Positions 8,871 through 18,509 are shown, numbered from the stretch's first letter. The stretch: 54,414 nucleotides of DNA from an uncultured Micavibrio sp. (GCA_964473655.1 CAYYPX010000001.1:1-54414), one strand, 5' to 3'. Program-made: numbers and translations. Notes: generated by a model not told the origin, from the sequence alone.

Positions 8871-9128
8871 ATGACACGCCTCTCCGTCAATCTGAACAAA
8901 GTCGCCTTACTGCGGAATCAGCGCGATGTCGGCTATCCGAGCGTGGTGGAGGCCGCGAAGATGGTGCTTGAGGCCGGTGCGCACGGCATCACCATTCATC
9001 CCCGCCCCGACGAGCGGCATATCAGACGATCCGACGTTCCAGAGATTGCGGAATTCCTCGCCGGTTTCAATTCCCCCTTCCCATCTTTCATGATGAAGCG
9101 CGAGGAAATCGGCGATATCGAATTCAAC
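8871..9128 (+). pseudogene. Truncated 5' copy of pdxJ (about 86 codons), fused out of context to antisense serC sequence
   Basis: [24 protein letters not shown]...GDIEFN, then the duplication junction. The frame runs on to a stop at 9245 through unrelated sequence. Confidence 0.8.
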
Positions 9129-9735
9129 ACATTCCGTGCGCGGCTTCACCGCCCAGAACTTTTTGCCAGCTCCACGTTGTCACATCCAATTTGTCCCACG
9201 GCATATCATAGGCGAACACGGCAGAGGTTGCATCGCAGATGGTGATCCCTTTTCTATCCGCGGCGATCCAGTCGCCATTCGGTGATCTCACGCCCGACGT
9301 TGTGCCGTTCCATGTAAAGACAACATCGTTTTCTTTCGTGTTTACTTTCGAGAGGTCAGGAATTTCGCCGTAGGCGGCTTTGTGAATTGTCGCATCTTTC
9401 AATTTGAGCTGATCGGTCACATCCTTCGCCCAGTCCAGACCGAACGCTTCCCAATAGACCAGATCAACACCTCGCGCGCCGAGCATCGACCACATCGCCA
9501 TTTCAACCGCGCCGGTGTCTGATGCCGGTACAATCGCGACATGGAAATCATCCGGAATGCCGAGCAGTTTACGGTGACGATCGCAAACCTCGTTCAGCTT
9601 CGCCTTGCCCGTGGCGTGGCGGTGGGAACGGCCCAAAAACGCGCCCTGAAGTTGATCGAGGCTCCATCCCGGGCGCTTGGCGCAGGGTCCGGACGAAAAA
9701 CACGGGTTTTTAGGCTTGGCGGTTGGCTTGTCCAT
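9129..9735 (-). pseudogene. Truncated 5' copy of serC (N-terminal 202 codons) with its promoter region
   Basis: Identical to SerC residues 1-202, terminating just past the junction (track ORF 9124-9735). Confidence 0.8.
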
Positions 9736-9777
9736 GGACTATATCCTTTAAGTGAATTTAGGAGCCAACATTACGCA

Positions 9778-10557
9778 ATGACACGCCTCTCCGTCAATCT
9801 GAACAAAGTCGCCTTACTGCGGAATCAGCGCGATGTCGGCTATCCGAGCGTGGTGGAGGCCGCGAAGATGGTGCTTGAGGCCGGTGCGCACGGCATCACC
9901 ATTCATCCCCGCCCCGACGAGCGGCATATCAGACGATCCGACGTTCCAGAGATTGCGGAATTCCTCGCCGGTTTCAATTCCCCCTTCCCATCTTTCATGA
10001 TGAAGCGCGAGGAAATCGGCGATATCGAATTCAACATCGAAGGATATCCAGACGCGGATTTTATAAAACTCGTGTGCGATAACGATTGCGATCAGGTAAC
10101 TCTCGTGCCCGATCATCCGGACCAGAAAACATCCGACCACGGATGGGATATTCCGCTGCACAAAAATTTACTGCGCGATGTGATGAAGGAGTTGAAAGAT
10201 GCCGGACGCCGCGTGTCGTTGTTCGTCGACCCGTTGCCGATGATGGCGAACGAGGCGGCAGAGATCGGCGCGGACCGCGTGGAACTTTACACCGGCCCCT
10301 ATGCGATGGATGCGAAAACCTTATCCGATTATGTGGCGACAGCCAAAGCCGCAAAGGAAGCAGGCATCGGCATTAATGCAGGCCATGATTTGAATTTGGA
10401 CAATCTGGCGAAATTTATTGCGGCCGTGCCGGACTGTGATGAGGTTTCTATCGGCCATGCCATAACAGCGGATGCATTGAAAATGGGTTGGCACAGCGCA
10501 GTGAGCGCGTACCTGACCGCCATTCAATACGGTCATAAATCAAAGAAGGTGGCGTGA
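9778..10557 (+). CDS. pdxJ: Pyridoxine 5'-phosphate synthase
   Basis: [51 protein letters not shown]... is typical PdxJ. The true start is ATG at 9778. The track's 9541 start is an antisense-of-serC extension. Confidence 0.9.
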   Translation: MTRLSVNLNKVALLRNQRDVGYPSVVEAAKMVLEAGAHGITIHPRPDERHIRRSDVPEIAEFLAGFNSPFPSFMMKREEIGDIEFNIEGYPDADFIKLVCDNDCDQVTLVPDHPDQKTSDHGWDIPLHKNLLRDVMKELKDAGRRVSLFVDPLPMMANEAAEIGADRVELYTGPYAMDAKTLSDYVATAKAAKEAGIGINAGHDLNLDNLAKFIAAVPDCDEVSIGHAITADALKMGWHSAVSAYLTAIQYGHKSKKVA

Positions 10558-11444
10558 TGGAGCACATTATTGTCCTGATCGCTTCCGATATCCCGCTCTC
10601 GATTGCGCATATAGAACGTGTAGAGAAATTTATTGAAGAACGCGGCGTTGGTTTGAACGGCAAGCCAGACTGGCTTTACCCGCACAAGGCCGCCGATATT
10701 CCGGTGCAAAACGGTTTGACGTTGGAGCAGATGAAAGCCTTACGCAGTGTGTTCCAACAAGACCGCATCGATTTATTGTGCGTTCCGGCGAAAGGCAGAA
10801 AAAAGAAATTGCTGCTCGCCGATATGGATTCCACCATCGTCACCACGGAAACGTTAGACGAATTGGCGGGAAAGGCGGGTATCAAAGATCAGATTGCGGC
10901 GATCACCGCGCGCGCCATGAACGGTGAACTAGATTTCCATGCGGCCTTGCGCGAACGTGTCGGTCTTTTGAAAAACCTACCGCTTATCGCCCTCAATGAA
11001 ACACTCGATGAAACAGTCCTATGCGAAGGCGCGGATATCATGGTGAAAACGATGGCAGATCACGGCACGAAATGCGTTCTGGTTTCTGGCGGGTTTACAT
11101 TCTTCACCGGCGCGATTGCAGATAAAACAGGCTTTCACCATCACCACGGCAACACATTGCATGATGATGGAACGGTGTTGATCGGTACAGTCGGTGATCC
11201 CATTCTGGACAAGAATTCCAAACTGGAATTCTTAAAATCTTACGCGAATGATCTGGGAATTGATTTATCAGAAACGGTTGCGATTGGCGATGGAGCCAAC
11301 GATCTTCCTATGCTCCTCGCCGCAGGACTGGGCATTGGCTACCGCCCGAAACCCATTTTGGAAGAAACGTTGATGAATGTTTTGCGCTTTGCCGATTTGA
11401 CCGGCGTATTGTACGCGCAAGGATATCGCGGTTTGTCGCTATGA
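10554..11444 (+). CDS. serB: Phosphoserine phosphatase (HAD superfamily)
   Basis: HAD motifs LADMDSTIV, VSGGF and GDGANDLPML; SerB-like AMNGELDF. The start overlaps the pdxJ stop (ATGA). Confidence 0.88.
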   Translation: MMEHIIVLIASDIPLSIAHIERVEKFIEERGVGLNGKPDWLYPHKAADIPVQNGLTLEQMKALRSVFQQDRIDLLCVPAKGRKKKLLLADMDSTIVTTETLDELAGKAGIKDQIAAITARAMNGELDFHAALRERVGLLKNLPLIALNETLDETVLCEGADIMVKTMADHGTKCVLVSGGFTFFTGAIADKTGFHHHHGNTLHDDGTVLIGTVGDPILDKNSKLEFLKSYANDLGIDLSETVAIGDGANDLPMLLAAGLGIGYRPKPILEETLMNVLRFADLTGVLYAQGYRGLSL

Positions 11445-12409
11445 ACCCTGCGCTTGAAACTCTTTTCCTGCCTTTTGAAAATGGTGACACGCCTTACACA
11501 TCGCCAGCATTATTTCTTCACGCGCAAAATCATCCGGCGTTAAAATCCTTCGGGGCATTGGATGTTTCAACACCGTTTTATCCGGATGCGGAAACGTTAA
11601 AGCAATTTTCAAAAGACTCTCACCCATCCTATCAAACCGCCCTCATCCTTATTCCCAAACAAGTTGACGAGGCCAAATATGCGCTCGCCAACGCCTATCA
11701 GAAATTGGATACAGGCGGCGTGTTGATAGCGGCGGCGGCGAATGATGCCAATGGAAACCGTCTGGAAGGATGGTTCAAGGAATTGGGCCTTGCGCCATCA
11801 TCACATTCGAAAAACAAATGCCGTGTCGTCTGGGCAACCAAACACGAGGTTCATTCCATTTGCGCCGAAAGCTGGATCGCGAATGGATTACCCCGCGCAA
11901 CCTATTTCGATGAAGATAATTTCATGACACAACCGGGCGTGTTCTCATGGAACAAGATCGATGCGGGATCAAAACTTCTCGTGGCGCACATTGCGGATTT
12001 AAAAGGCGAAGGCGCGGATTTCGGATGCGGAATCGGTTATTTGTCCCATCACATAAAAGATGCCAAAATTCATGCGATCGATGCCGATTCACGCGCCCTG
12101 TTCTGTGCGCAACAAAATCTGCACGGGCAGATCGTTTATCATTGGGCGGATTTATCAAAGCCGGTATCCGATTTGCCGCCACTTGATTTCATCGTCATGA
12201 ATCCGCCGTTTCATACAGGCAAAGATACGAAATCATCCTTAGGACAGGATTTCGTCAAAACCGCCGCGCACCATTTAAAGAAGGGCGGGAAGTTGATCAT
12301 GGTTTCCAACGCGCATCTTCCTTATGAATCCACGCTGCAAGAGCTGTTTTCAAAAATGAAACAGATCGAACAAAAAGACGGATTTAAAATTATTGAAGCG
12401 GTGAAATAG
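11441..12409 (+). CDS. Class I SAM-dependent methyltransferase, RsmC/RsmD-like (rRNA guanine-N2 type)
   Basis: GADFGCGIGYLS SAM-binding motif and the VMNPPFH catalytic motif. The start overlaps the serB stop. Confidence 0.7.
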   Translation: MNPALETLFLPFENGDTPYTSPALFLHAQNHPALKSFGALDVSTPFYPDAETLKQFSKDSHPSYQTALILIPKQVDEAKYALANAYQKLDTGGVLIAAAANDANGNRLEGWFKELGLAPSSHSKNKCRVVWATKHEVHSICAESWIANGLPRATYFDEDNFMTQPGVFSWNKIDAGSKLLVAHIADLKGEGADFGCGIGYLSHHIKDAKIHAIDADSRALFCAQQNLHGQIVYHWADLSKPVSDLPPLDFIVMNPPFHTGKDTKSSLGQDFVKTAAHHLKKGGKLIMVSNAHLPYESTLQELFSKMKQIEQKDGFKIIEAVK

Positions 12410-13372
12410 TTATTCTTCGAAACTGCGCGTTCCGACCTGTACTTCCATTTTCGACGGATCGAATGTCTGCCCCAGATCATAACGTGTATCGGAAAGTGCG
12501 TTCGGATTAAGCCCTGTTTCTTTCGCCACCATCATATGGACGGCTTCCATCGTCAGGTTGCGATTATCGCCGCGGAACATGTTCTGCCATGCGCAAGCTG
12601 CATCCATCGTGATGATTGATTTATCAGGCTGCGTTCTTTTTCTCATATGCTCGTCCGTGAGCTTTACGACTTCGGCAATGCATTCATCGGAAATTTTAAG
12701 TTTGTGGTGGCGTTCGTAATTCGGACGAACCCCTTGCAGGATTTTTACCGTTTCATCGCGATCAGGCATTTTCAAAAGAACTTTTTGGAAACGACGGTCC
12801 AGCGCAGGATCGGCCGCAACATATTCACGATATTCATCGAGCGTCGTCGCGCCGATTACGTGCAAATCACCAACGGTTAGATATGGTTTCATCACTTCGG
12901 ACAAACCTGCATAGGCGGAACCTGTTACCGTCGGCATGATCGTATGAATTTCATCGATAAAGATCACGTAACGCGGCAAATCCGCATCGTGATAACGCTC
13001 GGCAATACCGCGGCAGATCGGAATGAAACGTTCCTGAAATTCCGCTGGTGAGTTCGTACCCGCCGCCATGGCAGGCATATCAAGCTCAAGAATTTGTGCG
13101 CCTTTCAAATAATCCGGTACGCGCCCCGCAACAACGGCCTGTGCCACACCAACGACCAGCGCGGTTTTACCAACCCCAGCAGGCGCGAGCAGACACGCGT
13201 TCTTGCGGCTTCGTTGTAGTAAAATCAAAACGACATTGTCGATTTCGGTATCGCGCCCGATGATCGGATCAAACCGGCCTTCCTTGGCAAGATCCGTGTA
13301 ATTCCGGCAATAAAGATGGATCAGCTCGTCGAGCTGTTCTTGCGGCACCACATATTTTTGTTTCTTGGACAT
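12410..13372 (-). CDS. Stand-alone ClpA/ClpB-type AAA+ ATPase consisting of an NBD1 (D1) module only
   Basis: FDPIIGRDTEIDNVVLILLQRSRKNACLLAPAGVGKTAL (Walker A), VIFIDEIHT (Walker B), IGATTLDEYREY, DPALDRRFQKV. It aligns by eye with ClpB/ClpA D1. There is no N-domain and no D2. The KYRGEFE pore loop is replaced by NSPAEFQE. ATG at complement(13370..13372); the track's longer ORF uses an upstream TTG. Confidence 0.75.
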   Translation of the reverse strand: MSKKQKYVVPQEQLDELIHLYCRNYTDLAKEGRFDPIIGRDTEIDNVVLILLQRSRKNACLLAPAGVGKTALVVGVAQAVVAGRVPDYLKGAQILELDMPAMAAGTNSPAEFQERFIPICRGIAERYHDADLPRYVIFIDEIHTIMPTVTGSAYAGLSEVMKPYLTVGDLHVIGATTLDEYREYVAADPALDRRFQKVLLKMPDRDETVKILQGVRPNYERHHKLKISDECIAEVVKLTDEHMRKRTQPDKSIITMDAACAWQNMFRGDNRNLTMEAVHMMVAKETGLNPNALSDTRYDLGQTFDPSKMEVQVGTRSFEE

Positions 13373-13472
13373 GATCTTTGAACGGTTAAGGCCTACCAAC
13401 ACATATAGTGTATCGGAATTGGTTAACAAATGGCAAAGATGGTGAAAGGCTTATGGAATAAGAACTGATTTA

Positions 13473-16025
13473 TCAGGCAATTGCGCCGTGATCGGCAACC
13501 AAAGAGCCGTTGTTGATGAGGGTTGCGAGGTCAACCCCACCTACGCCGCCCATGATGAGAGTTGCTGTAACGAACGCACCTTCACCATCGGCATTGATCT
13601 GGATCGCCGTATCCGAACCAGATTGAACGAGGCGAACGAAATTCGCGATATCGTCGGAAAGCGGATCGTATCCTTGCAACACATCATGAATGTTGATGAC
13701 ATCGCCTTCGGCAGCATTGAAATCATAGATTTTGTCAACTAGACCATCGACCAGAGTCATCGCGAAGGTGTCCGCGCCAGTACCGCCGTAAAGTTGATCC
13801 GCGCCAAGACCGAAGATCAGGATATCGTTTCCACCCTCGCCATAAAGAGTATCATTGCCCGCGCCGCCATCGAGAATGTCATTGCCGCCTTCTTCGTCAC
13901 GATTGACGACCTGATGAATATCAATGTCAAACAGCACATCTTCGTAATCGGAGTCGCCTAGATTGTACAAATCTTCAAAACCGATGCGCAGGACGTTAGA
14001 CTCATTCGCGTCCGTTACGATGGCAAGAATATTGTTCAGCCAGAAAGTTTCCGTTCCCGAAGACATTTGAATGCCTGTGATAAAACCTGCGCCAAAATCT
14101 TCGGCCGTCAGAACGATATCGAGAATCCCATTCGGAATGTTGCCGGTGTGGTAATTGTAATCGATTGGCGTAGCCGACCCGTTCATGAAAATTTTGAGCG
14201 CAATATCGGAATTACCAGCGATATCGGACAGGCTGACCACAATTTTTTCCGCGCCTTGATCCAGCGTTACTTTCAACGCTTCATTACCACCAATCGTGTT
14301 GCCGCCATCGACGGAAGTCTGGATACCGATCCTATCGCCGCCGGTGATCAGGTTTCCATCCAATGCTTCGACCGTCATGCCATTTTTTGTAAAGCTGTTC
14401 GGGCGCGTGGAGATATCCGCGTTCTTCGGATCAAGATAGATATGCGCGCCTGTGGAAATACCGGAGATAATGTGCGCTTTTCCATCTTCGTTTATGGCGG
14501 AACTCGCGCCGCGCTCGGTCGTCATGTACATATTGCCGTTTAGAATGCGCACCGTGCTGCCATCGTTATACACCAGCGCAACATCGGCGTTGGAATCTGT
14601 CACTTTCGCTGCACGTTGATCGGACTGACCGTAGTGATAAATAAACGAGAGCAAGCCATCGCCCGTAACGTTGATGCCGTTATAGCCACCATTCGCATTA
14701 TTACCGTTTGCGATGATAAAGAACCCGAACGAGCCGCCATCTACCCCGACAGGAATATCGATTGTGTGATCGACATCAATACCGGCGGTTTTAACGTTCT
14801 TCCACAGCATCGATGTATTCATGATGGTGCCATCGGCCGCCACGGCAAACATCCCCAAACTACTGTCATAGCCGGAATAACCTTTGCGGAACGTCAGCGT
14901 AGCCGTTGCACCCTGATCGATTGTAAGATTGCCGTCACTGATACCAATTGCAGGGCTGCTGGATGGGCGCACTGTTACGATATCAACGCCTTCTTCCAGT
15001 CTTGGAAGGATGGTGGAATCAGAAAATGTCTTGTCCCAGATGGAATGGATCAGCTTTCCATCATCACCATAGAGAACATCGTCGCCATCCCCGCCGAGCA
15101 ACGTATCATTCCCGCCCATACCGAACAGGATATCGTTATCAGCGCCACCATCGATATGGTCATTGTTGTTTCCGCCAGCAACCAAATCATCGCCCGAACC
15201 GCCGCTGATCGTCACGGGGCCGATATTCGTGGCAGAAGACAGATCAACCACATCATTGCCGGTACCGGCATCGATGACATCAATCCCCGACATATCTGTA
15301 TTGCCTGCTACGATCACATCGTTGCCCACCGTCATAACGATTGTATCGATACCGTTGTCGTGCGTGGTCAGCGTTTCATCCATATCGCCATGGAAAGAAT
15401 CAAGGCTGCGATTGTATCCTTCAAGCGTCAGCAGAATCGCAGAATTTTTAATGGAAGAACCAAGTGACGCCAGAGTCGTGCCAACTCCCCAAATAGAATC
15501 CGCATGATAAACCAACGTATCATTGCCCGCGCCGCCGTATAATTTGTCTTCGCCAGAACCGCCATCAAGATAGTCATCATCAAATCCGCCCGAAAGCGTA
15601 TCGTTGCCGCCGCCGCCATCCATGATGTCGTTGCCCGCGCCGCCTTGAAGAACATCGTTCCCAAGGTTCGACCAGATGATGTCGTTGCCGTTCGATCCGC
15701 GGATCGTAACATTGCCGTAAGTGACGGTGGAATGTGCGAGGTTGACGATATCGCCGTCATCGCCCGCAGAAATAATTTCGACATTCTTGATCATGATCGT
15801 GCCGTTCGCATCAACCAGTTCGAGAAGATCGCCCATCGATGTCATCGAAAGCGTGTCGGTTCCGCCGCGGCCATCATAGATGCCGTTGTTGACATTCATG
15901 TAGTCGGATATATTGATGGAGTAACCGCTATAAGGGTTGACGAGCGTACCGTTGAAAAACTGCTGCTCTCCGACAAAAGCCAGAAAGTTGTTTCCGTTCG
16001 TACCGGTAACGTTTACATACGGCAT
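13473..16025 (-). CDS. RTX calcium-binding repeat exoprotein with a DUF4114-like central region and a type I secretion C-terminal target domain
   Basis: Many GGxGxDxUx nonapeptides (GGAGNDIMDGGGGNDTLSGG, GGAGNDTLYGEGGNDIL). FEDLYNLGDSDYEDVLFD is DUF4114-like. The C-terminus, DVINIHDVLQGYDP...SGSDTAIQINADGEG...LINNGSLV, resembles the T1SS VC_A0849-type signal. Start MPYVNVTG at complement(16023..16025). Confidence 0.85.
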   Translation of the reverse strand: MPYVNVTGTNGNNFLAFVGEQQFFNGTLVNPYSGYSINISDYMNVNNGIYDGRGGTDTLSMTSMGDLLELVDANGTIMIKNVEIISAGDDGDIVNLAHSTVTYGNVTIRGSNGNDIIWSNLGNDVLQGGAGNDIMDGGGGNDTLSGGFDDDYLDGGSGEDKLYGGAGNDTLVYHADSIWGVGTTLASLGSSIKNSAILLTLEGYNRSLDSFHGDMDETLTTHDNGIDTIVMTVGNDVIVAGNTDMSGIDVIDAGTGNDVVDLSSATNIGPVTISGGSGDDLVAGGNNNDHIDGGADNDILFGMGGNDTLLGGDGDDVLYGDDGKLIHSIWDKTFSDSTILPRLEEGVDIVTVRPSSSPAIGISDGNLTIDQGATATLTFRKGYSGYDSSLGMFAVAADGTIMNTSMLWKNVKTAGIDVDHTIDIPVGVDGGSFGFFIIANGNNANGGYNGINVTGDGLLSFIYHYGQSDQRAAKVTDSNADVALVYNDGSTVRILNGNMYMTTERGASSAINEDGKAHIISGISTGAHIYLDPKNADISTRPNSFTKNGMTVEALDGNLITGGDRIGIQTSVDGGNTIGGNEALKVTLDQGAEKIVVSLSDIAGNSDIALKIFMNGSATPIDYNYHTGNIPNGILDIVLTAEDFGAGFITGIQMSSGTETFWLNNILAIVTDANESNVLRIGFEDLYNLGDSDYEDVLFDIDIHQVVNRDEEGGNDILDGGAGNDTLYGEGGNDILIFGLGADQLYGGTGADTFAMTLVDGLVDKIYDFNAAEGDVINIHDVLQGYDPLSDDIANFVRLVQSGSDTAIQINADGEGAFVTATLIMGGVGGVDLATLINNGSLVADHGAIA

Positions 16026-16294
16026 ACCCAATTCCCCAATTTGGCAGCTCTTATTTGTAGCCTTGGCTTGCCTTTGCGGCCCGTTACACACACCGGACCA
16101 ACAAACCATCTTATCAAATAAGAATAAATATTATGTAAAATTATATCCGTACTCTATTTACACGTACACTCTTAACGAAAGGTTAAAGAACGGCGGATTT
16201 CCGTCCTTTTCCACCGTACTTATATATGTGTCTTGCCTTTGCCTCGTCATTGGAGGATAAAACTGCATAACCATTTCAAGGACTTGCCCACCCT

Positions 16295-17662
16295 ATGTCG
16301 ATTTCCCGCGTCGATCTTAAAACCGGACCCATCAGAAACCATCTGGTCCGACTGACAATCCCCATGATCTGGGGGATCGCCGCCATCGTCAGTTTCCAGC
16401 TGGTCGATACATATTATGTGTCCCTTCTGGGTACCAAAGAGCTGGCGGCCATGACCTTTACCTTTCCGGTCACGTTTTTCATTTTTTCGATCATCATGGG
16501 GTTCGGCATTGCCATGTCTTCGGTGGTGTCCCGCCTGATCGGCGAGAGCCGCGAAGAAGATGTGAAACGTGTCACGACCCACGGTCTGATCCTAGCATTC
16601 ACCGTTGGATTGGTTTTCGCGATCATCGGCTATGTTCTGCGCGATGTGATTTTCGCCGCGATGGGCGCGGATGAACAGATGCGTCCCCTCATCCATGATT
16701 ATATGACGCTCTGGTTTTTCGGTGCGCCGTTCATGGCAACACCCTTCGTTGGAAATTCCGCAATCCGCGCGGCAGGCTCCACCTTCGCGCCCGCCGTCAT
16801 CATGGTGAGTGTTGCGGTTTTGAATGCTGCGCTCGCACCGTTTCTTGTTTTCGGCATTGCCGGATTTCCAAGATTGGAATTACAGGGTGCAGCCATCGCA
16901 ACCGTTTTTTCCAACATGGTCGCCATGGCGTTCGGTTTGTATATTCTGGCGGTACGCAAAAAAATGCTGCTGCCATTGAACAATCTTCACTTCCACCAAT
17001 TCAAAGACTCCTGCAAACGCTTGCTGTTTATCGCAATCCCCGCGGGCGTAACAACATCTGTTGCACCTCTGGTCAACACGGTGATCATCGGTCTTCTTGC
17101 CGGATACGGCCCAGAAGCCGTCGCATCGTTCGGTATTGCCACACGTGTGGAGGCCTTCGTCTTTATCATCCTGATGGCGCTCGCCGTCGGTATGTCACCG
17201 ATCATTGGTCAGAATTTCGGCGCAAAGAATTTCGATCGTGTTCATGAAACATTGCGCGACGCGATCGGCTTTTCTGTTTTTTGGTGTATCGGTGCCGCCG
17301 TCATTCTCGTTCTTCTCGCGCAACCGATTGCCGAAGTTTTCTCGAACGATCCGATCGTTGTCTATTACACGAAGCTTTGCTTCATGATTATCGGCCCCTC
17401 CTATTTGTTCAGCGCGCTCCTCAATGGCTGGAGCTCCGCCTTCAACGCCATGGGCAAGCCACAAATGTCCGTCATCATGACAGTGGTAAAAATGATATGC
17501 CTCCTGATCCCCGCAGTCCTAATCGGCGCAAAAACCGGCGGAGTCATGGGCATTTTTTGGGCCATTTCCTTGGTCAACATCGTCACAGGCATAGGATTCC
17601 ATGTCTGGAGCCGCAGCGTTTGCTTTAAAACCGAAATGCAGTTTGCCCTGAAAACGCCTTAA
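16295..17662 (+). CDS. MATE family efflux transporter
   Basis: 455 aa with about 12 TM segments. The N-terminus LVRLTIPMIWGIAAIVSFQLVDTYYVSLLGTKELAA is typical of MATE/NorM-like proteins. Confidence 0.88.
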   Translation: MSISRVDLKTGPIRNHLVRLTIPMIWGIAAIVSFQLVDTYYVSLLGTKELAAMTFTFPVTFFIFSIIMGFGIAMSSVVSRLIGESREEDVKRVTTHGLILAFTVGLVFAIIGYVLRDVIFAAMGADEQMRPLIHDYMTLWFFGAPFMATPFVGNSAIRAAGSTFAPAVIMVSVAVLNAALAPFLVFGIAGFPRLELQGAAIATVFSNMVAMAFGLYILAVRKKMLLPLNNLHFHQFKDSCKRLLFIAIPAGVTTSVAPLVNTVIIGLLAGYGPEAVASFGIATRVEAFVFIILMALAVGMSPIIGQNFGAKNFDRVHETLRDAIGFSVFWCIGAAVILVLLAQPIAEVFSNDPIVVYYTKLCFMIIGPSYLFSALLNGWSSAFNAMGKPQMSVIMTVVKMICLLIPAVLIGAKTGGVMGIFWAISLVNIVTGIGFHVWSRSVCFKTEMQFALKTP

Positions 17663-17711
17663 AACTATAGTTCACTGATCCCAATTCATATTCTTTAAGG
17701 AGATACAAAAG

Positions 17712-18467
17712 ATGTCTTTACGCCTTCTTGCCCTGAGTTTACTGGCCATTGGTTTTACCGCACAACACGCGATGGCGGGCGATAACGGATTGAACCTTCC
17801 ACCCGAAGGCACGACCATCATCAATTTATCCGCAACGGAAAAACGCACATTGCCACAAGATTTGCTGGTGGCGTCACTTCGTATCGAAGTCGATGATAAA
17901 AAAGATGCGGGCGTCGTTCAGAAAAAAATCAATGAAGCCATGACCAAAGCGTTGGAGCTCGCCAAGAAAGAAAGCGAATTTAAAGTATCCACCGGTGCTT
18001 ACTCGGTTTACAAATACGACAACCATGTCGTCGTGAATAAAACCACAGGCGAAACCAAAGTTGAATCTGTCTGGCGCGGATCACAAACCATAGAAATTGA
18101 ATCGAAAGAATCAACAAAGCTTCTGGATGTTGTTGGAAAAATCCAAGGCCTTGGCTTTGCGATGAACAATCTCGCCTACACGCTCTCCCCCGAAGTGATG
18201 GAAAAAACGCGTGATGAACTTTTGGTTTCCGCGCTGAAAAAACTGACCGCCAAGGCGGAAATCGTTGCCAAGACACTCGGAAAATCCAAAGCAGACCTTG
18301 TCGATGTGAATGTCGACACAGGCGGGCCTGTCATGCCGATGTATAAAAACATGATGGCACGCGCCGAAGTGGCGATGGATGCAGGCGCACCGATGCCGGC
18401 ACCTGTGGCAGAAGCCGGTGAAAGCGACGTATCTCTCACCGTCTCCGCCCGCGCATTGATAAAATAA
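17712..18467 (+). CDS. SIMPL domain (DUF541, BP26/Omp28-like) periplasmic protein
   Basis: Signal peptide MSLRLLALSLLAIGFTAQHAMA. It has the length and sequence pattern of SIMPL proteins. AAGGAGA RBS. Confidence 0.78.
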   Translation: MSLRLLALSLLAIGFTAQHAMAGDNGLNLPPEGTTIINLSATEKRTLPQDLLVASLRIEVDDKKDAGVVQKKINEAMTKALELAKKESEFKVSTGAYSVYKYDNHVVVNKTTGETKVESVWRGSQTIEIESKESTKLLDVVGKIQGLGFAMNNLAYTLSPEVMEKTRDELLVSALKKLTAKAEIVAKTLGKSKADLVDVNVDTGGPVMPMYKNMMARAEVAMDAGAPMPAPVAEAGESDVSLTVSARALIK

Positions 18468-18485
18468 AACTATCTTTAATTAAAA

Positions 18486-18505
18486 ATCCCCGCGTCAGCG
18501 GGGAT
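18486..18505. terminator. Bidirectional intrinsic terminator (end of the SIMPL gene and of the four-gene operon)
   Basis: ATCCCCGC (18486-18493), loop GTCA, GCGGGGAT (18498-18505). It is flanked by A5 and T6 runs. Confidence 0.78.
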
Positions 18506-18509
18506 TTTT

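Larger units (their letters stand above)
8222..10035. repeat. Perfect tandem direct duplication, 2 x 907 bp (8222-9128 and 9129-10035)
   Basis: Every line I compared is identical at an offset of 907 nt. The track ORF pairs 8615/9522 and 8634/9541 give identical peptides, and 9124-9735 reproduces the first 202 aa of SerC. The junction reads GAATTCAAC|ACATTCCGTG. Confidence 0.9.

Noticed and set aside
9541-9777. Long N-terminal extension of pdxJ in the track (338-aa ORF; likewise 8634-8870 in copy 1)
   Set aside because: The extension is antisense to the serC 5' end and has no PdxJ similarity. The conserved PdxJ N-terminus [12 protein letters not shown] starts at 9778 (8871 in copy 1).
14616-15467. 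283-aa plus-strand ORF (and neighbours) inside the RTX gene
   Set aside because: It is an antisense shadow of GGxGxD repeat codons. The minus strand has RTX motifs and a T1SS signal.
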